Shown one piece after another: positions 27,462-38,133 of a stretch of DNA of 64,000 nt. The DNA is taken from IMG/VR virus record IMGVR_UViG_3300035181_002093, positions 1 through 64,000 of that record, one strand, 5' to 3'. Under the pieces are notes generated by a model. The model was not told the DNA's origin, ran no database searches, and worked only from the letters and a program-made list of their open reading frames with translations. The translations under genes were made by a program, and so were the position numbers. The DNA is from an uncultured virus (IMG/VR IMGVR_UViG_3300035181_002093). Taxonomy: Duplodnaviria > Heunggongvirae > Uroviricota > Caudoviricetes. Each line of letters opens with the position of its first letter. The first letter of the stretch is position 1.

Positions 27462-28518
27462 CCCTCCCAACAACAACGATTCGACTGAGGTGATGGGGAT
27501 CGGGCTGACGCGCGTCGCGTCCGCACAGGACGCCAAGACCCAGTCCGACGTAAACGAGAAGTCTCCCTCGATCGAATACGACCCGAGCACCAAGCAGCGC
27601 TTCTACGATACAGCACCCGTTCCCACGAAGCGCTTGTTTGCGTCCCCTCTGGCAATCAAAGGACCTTACGTTCGTGGAGGCGTGCGCAGCATCGACGATG
27701 GTTGGTCCTCCAGTCACCGCGCACTCGACTACCAGGTCGAACTTGGCGAACCGGTCTACGCGATGGGTGATGGCACCGTGGTGTTCGTTGGATACCAGTC
27801 GAAAGCACTCCATCTGGACCTGGTCAATGTCGAAGGCGCACATGCCGATGCCCACGGAAACATCCTGAGCAGCAACTCCACGGTGGTCTCGACGGTTGAT
27901 CAGATCGGGCTGGGTGGCATCGTCGTGCAGATCCTACACAACGGAGACTTCGAGGGGTATCGCACCGAGTACTACCGTCTCGGCAGCGTCGACGTCAGCG
28001 CGATTGCGCCAGGCAACTCGGTGACCGAAGGACAGAAGATCGGGACGACGGGCGGGACCGGCGGTCCGACGGGCTTCTCGACGACCTCACCGATTCTCTC
28101 CCTGCAGATCTCGTTCGTTTCAGGCACGACATCTTCCTTGGTCCCACCGACATCGATCGTGCCGAACTCTTGGCCGGGTCACCAAGACTCCACGACGGGT
28201 GCAGGGATTTCCAACAGCATCCTCATGGCGCCCGAGGCGCCATTCGGTTCGCAGATGATGTCGAGCTTCGCCGCGGTCTTCCTACAGGGCGCGGATCGCG
28301 GCACGTCCCTACAGAACCAAGACACGTCAGACATCAAACTGGCGCAGGCGCGCCACGCAACGTTCATTCAACAAGCAGCCAACGCGCGGCTGAGCAGCTT
28401 GTACGCCGCAACTTCCGCGTTCAAAACACAGCCGCTCGAAAAGGTCAGCGCACCCATGGTGTTCGACTTCGATAAGGGTGTGTGGATCATCAACGGCGTC
28501 GAACAAGGGCCGGTATAG
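27454..28518 (+). CDS. M23 peptidase-like virion protein (HxH motif absent)
   Basis: HRALDY..GEPVYAMGDGTVVFVG, GIVVQILH, VTEGQKIGTTGGTG; PILSLQI where HLHF is expected. Confidence 0.7.
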   Translation: MANPPNNNDSTEVMGIGLTRVASAQDAKTQSDVNEKSPSIEYDPSTKQRFYDTAPVPTKRLFASPLAIKGPYVRGGVRSIDDGWSSSHRALDYQVELGEPVYAMGDGTVVFVGYQSKALHLDLVNVEGAHADAHGNILSSNSTVVSTVDQIGLGGIVVQILHNGDFEGYRTEYYRLGSVDVSAIAPGNSVTEGQKIGTTGGTGGPTGFSTTSPILSLQISFVSGTTSSLVPPTSIVPNSWPGHQDSTTGAGISNSILMAPEAPFGSQMMSSFAAVFLQGADRGTSLQNQDTSDIKLAQARHATFIQQAANARLSSLYAATSAFKTQPLEKVSAPMVFDFDKGVWIINGVEQGPV

Positions 28519-28519
28519 C

Positions 28520-28966
28520 ATGGCGTATGACGTCAACATCCAGATCGTTCCCGCGTCCCAGTATACGGGGATGGGTTTTTACTCGTTCGGGCAGACGCGG
28601 TCACTAGGCGTGCGTGGAATCCAGAAACTGGTCAACATCTTCGCCAAGTACCTGCTGACGCCTGTCGGGACAGACCCGCTGGACCTCACGTATGGAACCA
28701 ACCTGACGTACCTCATCGGCACTAACGTGTCTTTGAATGACGCACGTGAGGTCTTGGACATGGCCGTCGACACGGCGGCTACAGCCATCCGTACATTTCA
28801 ATCCCTTCAGTCGTCCGTGGATGATGACGAACGTCTTGCAACCGCTGTCGTTACCGACTACATCGTCATTCCTGATGGTCCTGGGTTCGCCGCTCAGGTT
28901 CTGATCACCAACGTCGCGAATCAACAGCTGCAAATCGTGCTCCCCACGCTCGAGGTACGCCAATGA
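28520..28966 (+). CDS. Baseplate wedge protein (gp25-like)
   Basis: GIQKLVNIFAKYLLTPVGTDPLDLTYGT, DERL; precedes the J-like gene. Confidence 0.7.
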   Translation: MAYDVNIQIVPASQYTGMGFYSFGQTRSLGVRGIQKLVNIFAKYLLTPVGTDPLDLTYGTNLTYLIGTNVSLNDAREVLDMAVDTAATAIRTFQSLQSSVDDDERLATAVVTDYIVIPDGPGFAAQVLITNVANQQLQIVLPTLEVRQ

Positions 28967-30996
28967 GTACGACCGTCACGATCAGCCCGTCCGACGTTTC
29001 GACAGCGGCGGATTTCCTCGAGCAATTCCTGACAGACCAAGTACCTGACGGCGATTTCAGCCGAGGGACGGCGCTGCGTGACCTCAGCGTGCAAGCCATC
29101 GCCGCGGTGGTCGCGTTTCTTCGTGCGGATGCCGCTCAGATCCGGCAAATGCAGTCGCTGGTGACGGTGGAGGCCGCCGTCAACTCGGTTGGAGGGGATG
29201 CCCAGGCGTTGACGGATGCCGTCACCGCGATCCTGTCCAACTTCTTCGTCGCACCCAAGAGCGGAACGTTCGCGCGTGGCTTCGCCATCGGCCACGCGTC
29301 GCAACAGGTCGACATCTTCATCGCAGTGACCATCCGCTTCACGTACAGCCGGGGAATCGTGTTCGCGGTCGACTCGGCCGATACGCTCTTCATCCCGAAG
29401 TCCGAGCTGGTGCCGATCGTCCAGGCAGACGGCTCCATCGTCGACTACGAATTCCGGATCCCGCTGGTCGCGGTCGCCCCCGGCGAGACCTACAACATCG
29501 CTCCGGGTCTGTTCGCAGCGTTCGACCGCTTCAATCCGTACGTCACGCGCGTCGAGAACACTGCGACCTTCGCTGGCGGGCGTGGCGCCGAGACCATCTC
29601 GGAAATCCTGGCACGCGCACCTACCGTCGTGGCCGTTCGTAACCTCATCAACGCGCGGTCCATCATCGCGACGCTCGATGACAACTTCGAAGGGATCCAG
29701 AACATCCTGGTCGTGGGGATGGGCGACCCTGAGATGCAGCGCGACATCGTTCCGACGATCGCGCCCAACCTGAAGTTTCACATCGGCGGTGCCGTCGACA
29801 TCTACCTGCGCACGGCCTTGGTGGAGACGTCGTTCACCGGCTCCGTCGGTGGATTGTTCGCCCGTCCTGACGGCATCTCCACGGTCTTCCGTGATGGTGC
29901 CGTGAGTTTCGCGTCCGTGCTGCCAGGCGACATCATCCGCGTCACCGCCGGGTTCCCGACGACTCCGGCGGAGTTCTTGGTGGTGGAGAACGCGGGCACG
30001 TCGCTCATCGTGAGCAACCAGTCGCCGTTTCCGATCGCGACCGATGAAGCAGCACCCCCGACCACGGTCAGCTATGTGATCGGACGGATCGGTCCAACGT
30101 ACAACGACGTCGTCTTCGACCTTGGCGGGCTGCCATACACGACAGGTTCGACGTCGCGCAAGGTCGCGACGTCTGGACGCATCACACTTCCCGGAGGTCC
30201 TGTCATGGACATCCTGGACGTGGCGATCATCAACCCGGCCGCGCCCGAAGCCGCGTTCAAATCGACGCTCGACGGCTTCGTCCACTTCCCCAACCAGGTC
30301 AACCAAGCCCCTCAACAGACCGCGACGCCTACCCAGGGGCTGCAGTTCCAGACGATCGTGCACGCGCCGCTGCAAGCACAGAGCGCGCTCCAGTGGATGG
30401 AGGTCGTCGTCGGCACCGACTCGTTCCGGTCGCGGTTCGACACGTACCTGCTGCGCGTTCGCTACCGCACGCTGCAGACGTTCGCGAGCATCGATGCGTT
30501 CGTGCGCAGCCCTCGAGAACGGGTCAGCGCCGCCTTCCAACTTCCCCGTGGACATCACCCTGTCGCGGTGTCGATGGTGCTCACGTACACTCTCAAGGCG
30601 ACGGCCGCCTCAACGCTCGACAACACCGCCATCGCGCAGACCATCGTGGACTACGTCAACACGTTCGACGCAACCGCCGCGTCTATTGACGTCGCGGCCA
30701 TCATCCAACTGGTCATGAACACCTACCCGGACATCGGGAACATCGTTCCGTCGTATCCGGGGTATCCGATCCTTCGCATCAACTACGCACTACGCGCTCC
30801 CACTGGCGACGTGTTGACGTACAGCACGGCGGACGCAGTCAGCATCGACCTGACCAAACAAACCGCCGGACCCGTACCACCCACGTGGACCTTCAACGGC
30901 GAGCCTGTCACCCTTGACAGTCTTGGCGTTACGAACCGGACACTGCGGTACATCGCAAACACGACCACGATCGTGGCGACCCAGGCAGGTACCTGA
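28963..30996 (+). CDS. Baseplate J-like wedge protein
   Basis: DFSRGTALRDL, AVAPGETYNI, VENTATFAGGRGAET, GGAVDIY. Confidence 0.8.
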   Translation: MSTTVTISPSDVSTAADFLEQFLTDQVPDGDFSRGTALRDLSVQAIAAVVAFLRADAAQIRQMQSLVTVEAAVNSVGGDAQALTDAVTAILSNFFVAPKSGTFARGFAIGHASQQVDIFIAVTIRFTYSRGIVFAVDSADTLFIPKSELVPIVQADGSIVDYEFRIPLVAVAPGETYNIAPGLFAAFDRFNPYVTRVENTATFAGGRGAETISEILARAPTVVAVRNLINARSIIATLDDNFEGIQNILVVGMGDPEMQRDIVPTIAPNLKFHIGGAVDIYLRTALVETSFTGSVGGLFARPDGISTVFRDGAVSFASVLPGDIIRVTAGFPTTPAEFLVVENAGTSLIVSNQSPFPIATDEAAPPTTVSYVIGRIGPTYNDVVFDLGGLPYTTGSTSRKVATSGRITLPGGPVMDILDVAIINPAAPEAAFKSTLDGFVHFPNQVNQAPQQTATPTQGLQFQTIVHAPLQAQSALQWMEVVVGTDSFRSRFDTYLLRVRYRTLQTFASIDAFVRSPRERVSAAFQLPRGHHPVAVSMVLTYTLKATAASTLDNTAIAQTIVDYVNTFDATAASIDVAAIIQLVMNTYPDIGNIVPSYPGYPILRINYALRAPTGDVLTYSTADAVSIDLTKQTAGPVPPTWTFNGEPVTLDSLGVTNRTLRYIANTTTIVATQAGT

Positions 30997-33380
30997 TGCC
31001 GACCATTGGGTACGAGTACAACTTCATCCGAGGTCTTTCGGACTTCTGGCAGCGGTTCTTCGCGGATGCCGACCAGCTCGAGGCACTCTATCGAGGTTCT
31101 GCCATCCTCATCGGACAGGCGTACCTGGACCTCATGTCCGCGACGCTCGGCGTGGCGCTCAAAGATGCGATCGCGCTCGATCGCGAGTACTACCACATGC
31201 TCGCGATTCGCGAGGATGAGGTCCGTTTCGTCGAGGGTGCCACGGTCGCCGACAATCGTTGGGCCTACGCGCTGCCCGACCCCGTTGTCACGTTCATCTC
31301 GATCGACAACCGCGTCGTCGAACCGACAGCCTCGCTCGAACCGCAACGAGATTTCGACGTGATCGATCGCGTCGTCTTGTTCAAGACTGACCCGACCAAC
31401 CCGGCAGGCGATGGTCTGCCGCTCGCGGGATTCGCGCGTCGATCGATCGACGTCTCTGTGGGTGGAAGCTTCACGGATACGCTCGTGTCTTTGTGGACCA
31501 CCACCACCTTCGTCAAGAAGGGCGACACCCTGAGGATCCTCGATGTGGGGACTGACGGTGCCCAGCGTAAGCGCGAAGACCATGAGATCATCCTCGTCCG
31601 CGACCCTGCGTTGTACGTCTCTGCAGATTCCGCACTGGCGACACCGACATCCAACATCAAATACGTCGTCTTGCGCGTACCGGCAAACACGGCGGTCGTT
31701 GCAGAAGCGTTCACGCTGGTCTTGAATACTGCGACGTTTGTGCACAACCGCATCGATCATGGGTCGGTTCGCGTGTTCGCACGCCGCGTCTCTGACGGCA
31801 TGGACGTCGTCGAAAACGTCGACTACACCATCAACTATGAGGGTGGCATCATCTACCAGTTGACGTCCTGGTTGGGGGTGAGCCCGTACGCCGTCGACTA
31901 CACGTGGCGCGAGGAGGTCTACCCTTCCGCGGGGCCAGAGCCGCGCCTGTCCATCACAGGCAAGATCGTCTCAGCAGCGACATCGACGCGAGTGATTCAG
32001 ATCGCGGCATGGACGCCTGAAACGCTTGTGGACCGTCGCACGTTGGCGAACAACTTCGGCGCGCTGATCGGCCGTCAGGAGAACAGCACCGAAGCCTACC
32101 GTTCGTTCCTCGAAGGCATCTTCCAGCTCTACATCCTGGGCCCTGTCCTCGAGCGTATCGAGAGCGCGTTGAACGTCGTCCTGAACCTGCCGGTGGTGCG
32201 TGAAGATGGCGAGATCTACCAATCCACAGATCTCACAGACCCCGTAGTCGACCGTATCCTGACCACGCGCCCGTCGACAGGGCAGACCGTGACATACGAG
32301 TTCCCCAAGGGAACGCCACTTCGTACCGATCTCGTCGTAGGCCAGTCTCTCCTGTCGTTCGACCCTCTCACGACCGCAGTCGCGGTGACCGACTACGTGG
32401 AGACGCCGTCGTGGTGGTATGGCGAAGCGATTCCCGAAGAACTGTTCTCGCTCGTGAACGGCAGCGTGCCGCCCATCTTCCGGCGCCTTGCCAGCCCGTT
32501 CTATGTCGAGAACATCGTCGGAGCACCCGACGATCCCCAGGTGGGAGACCCGGGGCTTCATGTTGGAACCGATGAGACGGGCATCGTGCTCTCCCCTCTG
32601 CCTGCCCGCATCTATCGGCACCGCATGGCGTTCGTGTTGATGGATCGCTACCTGAAGTTCCACACGTTCTCGGTCCGATTCGACGCGCTTGCGCTATCGG
32701 CTGCGGGCGGTACCGCCTTCGCACAGAGCCTCAAGGACCTCAACAAGCTGGTCCTATCTGCCAAGCCGTCGCATACGTACGTGTTCACGACGCCGACGAC
32801 AGGGTTCAAAGACATCATCGACGTGGAGGAAGGTCCGATCGATTTTGCGCGGCAAGTCGGTTCGCGCGTCTACGGTCCAGACAAGGTGCTGTTCGCCGAT
32901 TCAGAGCCTGTGGTGGGTGCAGGCATCTGGTTGGTGGGCGACTACTTCAAGTACGAGTACTTCACTGCGTTGACAGCCTTTCCAGCGCTCTTCGCGCCTG
33001 TGACGCTAGCGAACACTCCGACACCTCCTCGACATGGACGGTTGGTTCGTGCGTACGTTGCAGGCAATGTCGGCGGCGTGGCCTTGGTCGAGAACGTCGA
33101 CTACACCGTCGACTACGCCAACCGCACCATCACACGTCTGACGGCATGGATTTCAACAACCGTGAACGTGACGTACACCCAGCTCAGTATCGAGAACCTG
33201 GCGGATGCACCCGTCAGCATCGGTGACATGCCGCTCTTGGTTAACGGGGTCGATCCCGCGCTCATCACAGGCGCGTTCAGTGCTTCTGCTGCGGGCTGGG
33301 ACGGTGTTATAGAGGGGCCGACTTCCCCACGCGATATCGGCTTGGTCGAACGAGCCCTCATCGTGTCTGCCCACCCCTGA
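30996..33380 (+). CDS. Baseplate/tail structural protein
   Basis: Coupled to the J-like gene; internal repeat VENVDYT(I/V)(N/D)Y; KPSHT motif. Confidence 0.65.
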   Translation: MPTIGYEYNFIRGLSDFWQRFFADADQLEALYRGSAILIGQAYLDLMSATLGVALKDAIALDREYYHMLAIREDEVRFVEGATVADNRWAYALPDPVVTFISIDNRVVEPTASLEPQRDFDVIDRVVLFKTDPTNPAGDGLPLAGFARRSIDVSVGGSFTDTLVSLWTTTTFVKKGDTLRILDVGTDGAQRKREDHEIILVRDPALYVSADSALATPTSNIKYVVLRVPANTAVVAEAFTLVLNTATFVHNRIDHGSVRVFARRVSDGMDVVENVDYTINYEGGIIYQLTSWLGVSPYAVDYTWREEVYPSAGPEPRLSITGKIVSAATSTRVIQIAAWTPETLVDRRTLANNFGALIGRQENSTEAYRSFLEGIFQLYILGPVLERIESALNVVLNLPVVREDGEIYQSTDLTDPVVDRILTTRPSTGQTVTYEFPKGTPLRTDLVVGQSLLSFDPLTTAVAVTDYVETPSWWYGEAIPEELFSLVNGSVPPIFRRLASPFYVENIVGAPDDPQVGDPGLHVGTDETGIVLSPLPARIYRHRMAFVLMDRYLKFHTFSVRFDALALSAAGGTAFAQSLKDLNKLVLSAKPSHTYVFTTPTTGFKDIIDVEEGPIDFARQVGSRVYGPDKVLFADSEPVVGAGIWLVGDYFKYEYFTALTAFPALFAPVTLANTPTPPRHGRLVRAYVAGNVGGVALVENVDYTVDYANRTITRLTAWISTTVNVTYTQLSIENLADAPVSIGDMPLLVNGVDPALITGAFSASAAGWDGVIEGPTSPRDIGLVERALIVSAHP

Positions 33381-33382
33381 AC

Positions 33383-33392
33383 CCCTATAATT
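33383..33392 (+). promoter_or_regulatory. Putative late promoter CCCTATAATT
   Basis: Identical 10-mer also at 42383 and 47155; all three intergenic. Confidence 0.6.
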
Positions 33393-33402
33393 ACGCGGAA
33401 CC

Positions 33403-33939
33403 ATGCGCAAAACCTTACGTACGAGCGAGGGCCTTCCGATGATGGGGACCATCAGCATGGTCATCCGCGATGCGACAACGCGGAGGGTGAAGAAGCGGAT
33501 CACGATCCGCAACAAGATCACCTACCTCGCGGCCGATGTTCTGGTCGAGCTGATCGCACAACGTGCCACCGACCCCGTTCCTGGAAAAGACCTCATCTAC
33601 TCCATGCGCATGGGGAGTTCGAACACGGCGGCGGCTCGGTCGGACACGAACCTCGGCGCGTTCGTTATCGGCAAGGTGATTGGGGATGTTGGCAAGGTCA
33701 CCGGGGCGCCTGGCGAGATCAAGTTCATCGCAACGCTCGAGGCTGCCGACGCGAACGGGTTCACGTTGCGTGAGGCGGGTCTCTTCACCGCGGGCGCAAC
33801 GCCTGGCACCAGCAACGCGCCTGGAACCGCTCCCGGCGTGACCCGCATGTTCGCTCGTCAGGTCTACCCTGACATCCCGAAGACGATCGCCATCGTGGTC
33901 GACTACACCTGGACGATCGCCTTCACCGCTGTTCCCTGA
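33403..33939 (+). CDS. Tail collar/fibre-attachment-like protein
   Basis: N.IT, MRMGSS, EANGFTLREAGLF-like segment, MFARQVYPDIPKT...YTWTIAF. Confidence 0.65.
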   Translation: MRKTLRTSEGLPMMGTISMVIRDATTRRVKKRITIRNKITYLAADVLVELIAQRATDPVPGKDLIYSMRMGSSNTAAARSDTNLGAFVIGKVIGDVGKVTGAPGEIKFIATLEAADANGFTLREAGLFTAGATPGTSNAPGTAPGVTRMFARQVYPDIPKTIAIVVDYTWTIAFTAVP

Positions 33940-33954
33940 GACCAAGAGGTTCCT

Positions 33955-36900
33955 ATGCCCGGCACCGTCAAGCAGTTCCTCGACTTCACGAACAACACGA
34001 ACAACGACACGGGCGAGAACAACGTCGCGTCGGTGCAGCCGATCGCGAACGGTGAGACGGTGGTTCAGGCCGTCCTGAACCGCCCGAGCGAGAGTCTCCG
34101 CCAACGAACCGAGGCTGTTCGCAGCGTCGAGATGGACACGCTCTACCTCCGCGACGCTGACCGGCAGCTCATCTTGTCCGGCCCCGGCAAGATCACGTGG
34201 CCGGGCAGCACGACAGCAGCCGCGAACGGCATTCCCGTCATCAGCGACAACCTCTACATCCTGCCGATGCTCACACCGGGCTTCGCCCAGGCAGCGCCCG
34301 TGCCTCCGGTCGCGTCGGCCTACGGCACGCTCCACCTCAAGCGCGCCAGCGACAACATGAACTCGATCCTGGTGACCAGCCAGCGTCGGAGCTACGCCGC
34401 GGGTGACCAGATCAACATCACCGTGACGCCGGGGCTCGCGTTCACGTGCGTCCTCGACAGCGAGATGACGTACCAGCGCACGATCAAGATCACGGCCGTA
34501 GTCGGCGTCACGACGCTGTCGCAGACCATCACGGCGCTCGTGGCACTGACTCCGTCGGCCCCGGACAACACGCCGCTCGTGCTCGCAGTGCTCGAGGGAG
34601 GCGCGCTCGCAGGAGACTTCCTCCTGACGTCGCAGGCACAGCAGTACGTCTCGGGCAACTACGACGGCGAAGGTCACACCATCACGCCGGCGAACCTCGC
34701 GAGCTTCTTCGTGAGCAACCCGCTGCAGGCCCTCGCCGAGGGCGACACGCTCTGCGTCAACTACGCGATGGTCACAGACACTGCCTCAACGGGCGGCCGT
34801 CGCCAGGCGATTCCCGAGAACTCGAACACGGCGATCCCTGCGGGGGCCTACTTCAACAGCCGCGTTCACCCAGAGAACCTCGTCAACGCGTTGCCGATCT
34901 GCAAGGTCGTCAACGGTTCGCTCGTGTTCGGCACCGGCATCGAGATCTTGGCGGGTGACGCCAACGTCTCGCTCAGCGCGGTCAGCAACGGATCGGCGAT
35001 CATCCGCAACCCCGGCTTCGAGCACGGCATCACGCTGAGCACGGTCCGCTTCGGGATCTCGGACTGGGAGAACCGTGCAGACCTTGCGGTCAACGGCGCC
35101 TTCCGTCTCAACACCACGACGCCGAGCACTGGCGTCAAGCAGCTCGAGTTCAACCAGACCAACGTCGCGGCGGCGACAGGTCGCATCGAACAGCCTCAGG
35201 AGATCCCGGTCAATCCCGGCCAGGATATCCGGGTCCGCATCGCGATTCGCCAGCTGATCGCGCCGACCGCAGGGGCCTACTCGGTGGTGCTCTACTGGGG
35301 TGATGCTGACAGCACTGCATCGGGCAGCACGACCGTCGCATGTCAGGTCCTAGCCTCCACGGACGTCGCCTATCGGACCGTGGCGCAGACCGTCGCGGTT
35401 CCCGCGGCCAAGCGCTTCCTCAAGCTGGTGACCGTCGAGGTCGCGGGCGTGACGCTTGGGGCGCCTGGCGTCTCGGTTCTCTTCGACGACCTCCAGGTCA
35501 CCGTCGAGACGCAGACAGACATGACGCCGGCGGTCGACAACACGCACATGAAGCCGGAGATCGTCGACGCGCTGATCGTCGAAGACCCGACGACGTACGC
35601 GCTCGGCCAGCTCGCGGCACTTCTGCGCATGAACAAGGCGTCGCCTTCCAGCGAAGGAAGCGTGATCCTCGAGCGCAAGGACCAGGACTACTCTGGGGCC
35701 AACATCCCGCCGGCGCTGGCGCACTTCGGGCGGCTCTTCCAGCTCGGCTCGAAGCTGCTCAACACGGAAGCGCACGCGCTTCTGCCGCGCGTGTCGGCGG
35801 ACTACAGCTCCGTCGCAGGCGTCGACTTCACGCTCATGTGGGAGTCGGGACGCAACGGCGAAACGACCGGCGGCTACACGCAGCCGTGCGTGCGCCTCTA
35901 CAGCTCGAACGACGGGCAGTGGGTGCTGACGTCGAACGCAATCTGGGGCGGCACAACCTGGACCAAGGACGTCGCGGGCCAGAACGCGACGAAGCAGGGC
36001 CTCGCCAAGGACGGCATGCGTACGTTCACCCGCACGGCCGACGCCGCGTGGACTGATGGTGCGTGGGCTGACGCGCTGCGAATCACGAACCCGCTCGAGA
36101 CTGCGGCAGACGCGCGGACCCCCCGCATCTCGGCGGGACTCTACAACGGCGCGTTGACGGACTTGACGTTGATCTCGCAGTTCACTTTCACAGGTGTTGC
36201 CATCCGTCTCTACGCAACGAACACGGCGCCAGAGACGGACGTTTACCTGACGTTCAACGCGGCGTGGAACGGGACCAACTGGGTCAAGGACACGAGTGGG
36301 AAAGTCTCCTCACGCATGTTGTTGGTCAACACGCTTGGAACTACTGCGGGGGAGAACAACTTCATCTACCGCTACCAGACCTGCAAGACGACCGATACAT
36401 TCCCCGAGTCTGACTGGACATCGGTCGGAACGTCTTCGACCATCACGTCGACAGGCGGACAACTGCAAACCGGACAGGTCATCGCCGGCGCCGCGAACTC
36501 GACCGTCGCCCCCACCAGCGCGATCCTTCAAGCGATCCCGGACTTCGGTGACGCCATCGCCTCGGGCAACGAGCGGATGGAGTTCCGAGACCTCATCGAG
36601 CCGGGGGTCTACAACGTCGTCGACAGCTTCGGCCTCATCTCACCACGCGGCCCTCGCATCGTCGAAGAGTTCATGGACACGGCGGCACCGAGCGGCTGGA
36701 CCACGGTGACTTCGGGTTCTGGTGCTGTCACGTTCAACTTCGAGAACCTGACCCGCGTCAAGCTGGCGGGTGGTTCTGGTACAGCAGCAGTTCGAACCAA
36801 CGCTTTCGTCGTACCAGGCGCCTACGCATGCTTCAACGCAATCATGCGTTGGACCAACGTGACGGGCACCTCGTTCGTGGGCCTCGTCGATGGCGGCGCC

Positions 36901-37254
36901 GCACATGACTTCGGTTTCGAACAGGACAGCGCAACCTACGGCGACGAGAAGCTTCGCATCGTCGTTCGGACAGGCGGCGGTCTGCAAGTTTTCGACACCG
37001 GCGTCGATGTGTCGACGAAACTCGACGACTGGTTCCTGCTCCGCGCCTGGTGTGCGGGCGGCACAGGACTCATCACCACGTCGCGTGTCTACTGGGCTAT
37101 CACAGGCAAGATCACCGCAACCGGCGTGTTCAACCCAGGCGGCGCTATCGTCAACCCGACGGCGGGACGCGTCTTCCGTGCGGAAGCCCTTAGCAACGGC
37201 ATCGTTGTTCTCGACCGCGTCGCGGTTGGCGGCCACAGCAACTTCGGTCTGTAA
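33955..37254 (+). CDS. Tail fibre / receptor-binding protein
   Basis: 1099 aa, Thr/Gly/Ala-rich; VLNRP...LRQRT N-terminus; IRNPGFE carbohydrate-binding-like module; duplicated NAxWxGTxWxKD unit. Confidence 0.7.
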   Translation: MPGTVKQFLDFTNNTNNDTGENNVASVQPIANGETVVQAVLNRPSESLRQRTEAVRSVEMDTLYLRDADRQLILSGPGKITWPGSTTAAANGIPVISDNLYILPMLTPGFAQAAPVPPVASAYGTLHLKRASDNMNSILVTSQRRSYAAGDQINITVTPGLAFTCVLDSEMTYQRTIKITAVVGVTTLSQTITALVALTPSAPDNTPLVLAVLEGGALAGDFLLTSQAQQYVSGNYDGEGHTITPANLASFFVSNPLQALAEGDTLCVNYAMVTDTASTGGRRQAIPENSNTAIPAGAYFNSRVHPENLVNALPICKVVNGSLVFGTGIEILAGDANVSLSAVSNGSAIIRNPGFEHGITLSTVRFGISDWENRADLAVNGAFRLNTTTPSTGVKQLEFNQTNVAAATGRIEQPQEIPVNPGQDIRVRIAIRQLIAPTAGAYSVVLYWGDADSTASGSTTVACQVLASTDVAYRTVAQTVAVPAAKRFLKLVTVEVAGVTLGAPGVSVLFDDLQVTVETQTDMTPAVDNTHMKPEIVDALIVEDPTTYALGQLAALLRMNKASPSSEGSVILERKDQDYSGANIPPALAHFGRLFQLGSKLLNTEAHALLPRVSADYSSVAGVDFTLMWESGRNGETTGGYTQPCVRLYSSNDGQWVLTSNAIWGGTTWTKDVAGQNATKQGLAKDGMRTFTRTADAAWTDGAWADALRITNPLETAADARTPRISAGLYNGALTDLTLISQFTFTGVAIRLYATNTAPETDVYLTFNAAWNGTNWVKDTSGKVSSRMLLVNTLGTTAGENNFIYRYQTCKTTDTFPESDWTSVGTSSTITSTGGQLQTGQVIAGAANSTVAPTSAILQAIPDFGDAIASGNERMEFRDLIEPGVYNVVDSFGLISPRGPRIVEEFMDTAAPSGWTTVTSGSGAVTFNFENLTRVKLAGGSGTAAVRTNAFVVPGAYACFNAIMRWTNVTGTSFVGLVDGGAAHDFGFEQDSATYGDEKLRIVVRTGGGLQVFDTGVDVSTKLDDWFLLRAWCAGGTGLITTSRVYWAITGKITATGVFNPGGAIVNPTAGRVFRAEALSNGIVVLDRVAVGGHSNFGL

Positions 37255-37263
37255 GGAGCACAC

Positions 37264-37845
37264 ATGTCCAACACGCTTTCTATCGACCTGCTCCAAAGCA
37301 AAGGTGCTTGCGCACGCGAGTGCATTGCACTTCGCGAGATCTATCCCGACGGAACGATCATCTTCGATATGTCGTTCTACCCACAGGTACGCGACAAGCC
37401 CATCAACGTGATGTGGGCCGTGCTGCTGCTGCCGTCCAACATCCAACTTCAACTGGCCTTGGGTTGGTTCGATCGCGCTCTCGCCGGCCAGGCAGTGCCC
37501 TGGAAGTCTGACTTGCGTACACTGGTCATCGCGCCGCAAGGTACGGCAGCGGCTGCACAGCTCGGCGCACGTCTGGCGGATCGCCGTCTCGTGAGCGCTG
37601 CAGACGAGCTGGCCACGGCGGTGGCAGGTGTCGGCTACGCTGCGGCAGCGCTGGCAGGCAAGTTCGCCGAGACGCCCATCGACCCTCTTCGAACTCAATC
37701 GGCCATGGCGGTCATGGCAGGGTGGTGTTCTCGGTGCGCGGCAGTGGTTGAGACCAAGGCCGACACTGTCGTTCTGGACGACCTCAAGTCCGCGGTGTGG
37801 CAAGCGTTGTCGCAACATGGCGCAACGTTGCCAACGATGCGTTAG
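37264..37845 (+). CDS. Hypothetical protein downstream of the fibre gene
   Basis: AAGGAG SD; LLQSKGAC...IYPDG. Confidence 0.65.
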   Translation: MSNTLSIDLLQSKGACARECIALREIYPDGTIIFDMSFYPQVRDKPINVMWAVLLLPSNIQLQLALGWFDRALAGQAVPWKSDLRTLVIAPQGTAAAAQLGARLADRRLVSAADELATAVAGVGYAAAALAGKFAETPIDPLRTQSAMAVMAGWCSRCAAVVETKADTVVLDDLKSAVWQALSQHGATLPTMR

Positions 37846-38133
37846 TCAGGGGACTTCGCGAACGATCGGCTCGCCGCCGCCACCGATGACGCGGCACCCG
37901 AACTCGACCCAGCGCACGCGCTTGCCGTCTTTGTGGAACTCGACCACGAGGCCGCCCTGGCTCGGGATGGCGTCGTCCATCGGCGTCTGCCAGTCGTAGA
38001 GCGAACGCACCACCACGGCGTCGTAGGCAGGGTGGTCGCTTGCGTAGCGGCCCTCCCCACGAAGGAGGTAGTGGAAGGCGCGGCGCTTAAGCATGGGCGT
38101 CAGACCGAGCTTGTGGTCAGTCCTCGAGGTCAC
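37846..38133 (-). CDS. Hypothetical protein
   Basis: GTGA coupling; 95 aa. Confidence 0.55.
   Translation of the reverse strand: MTSRTDHKLGLTPMLKRRAFHYLLRGEGRYASDHPAYDAVVVRSLYDWQTPMDDAIPSQGGLVVEFHKDGKRVRWVEFGCRVIGGGGEPIVREVP

Noticed and set aside
33955..37254. Diversity-generating retroelement acting on the fibre
   Set aside because: No reverse transcriptase or near-identical TR/VR pair seen in the window
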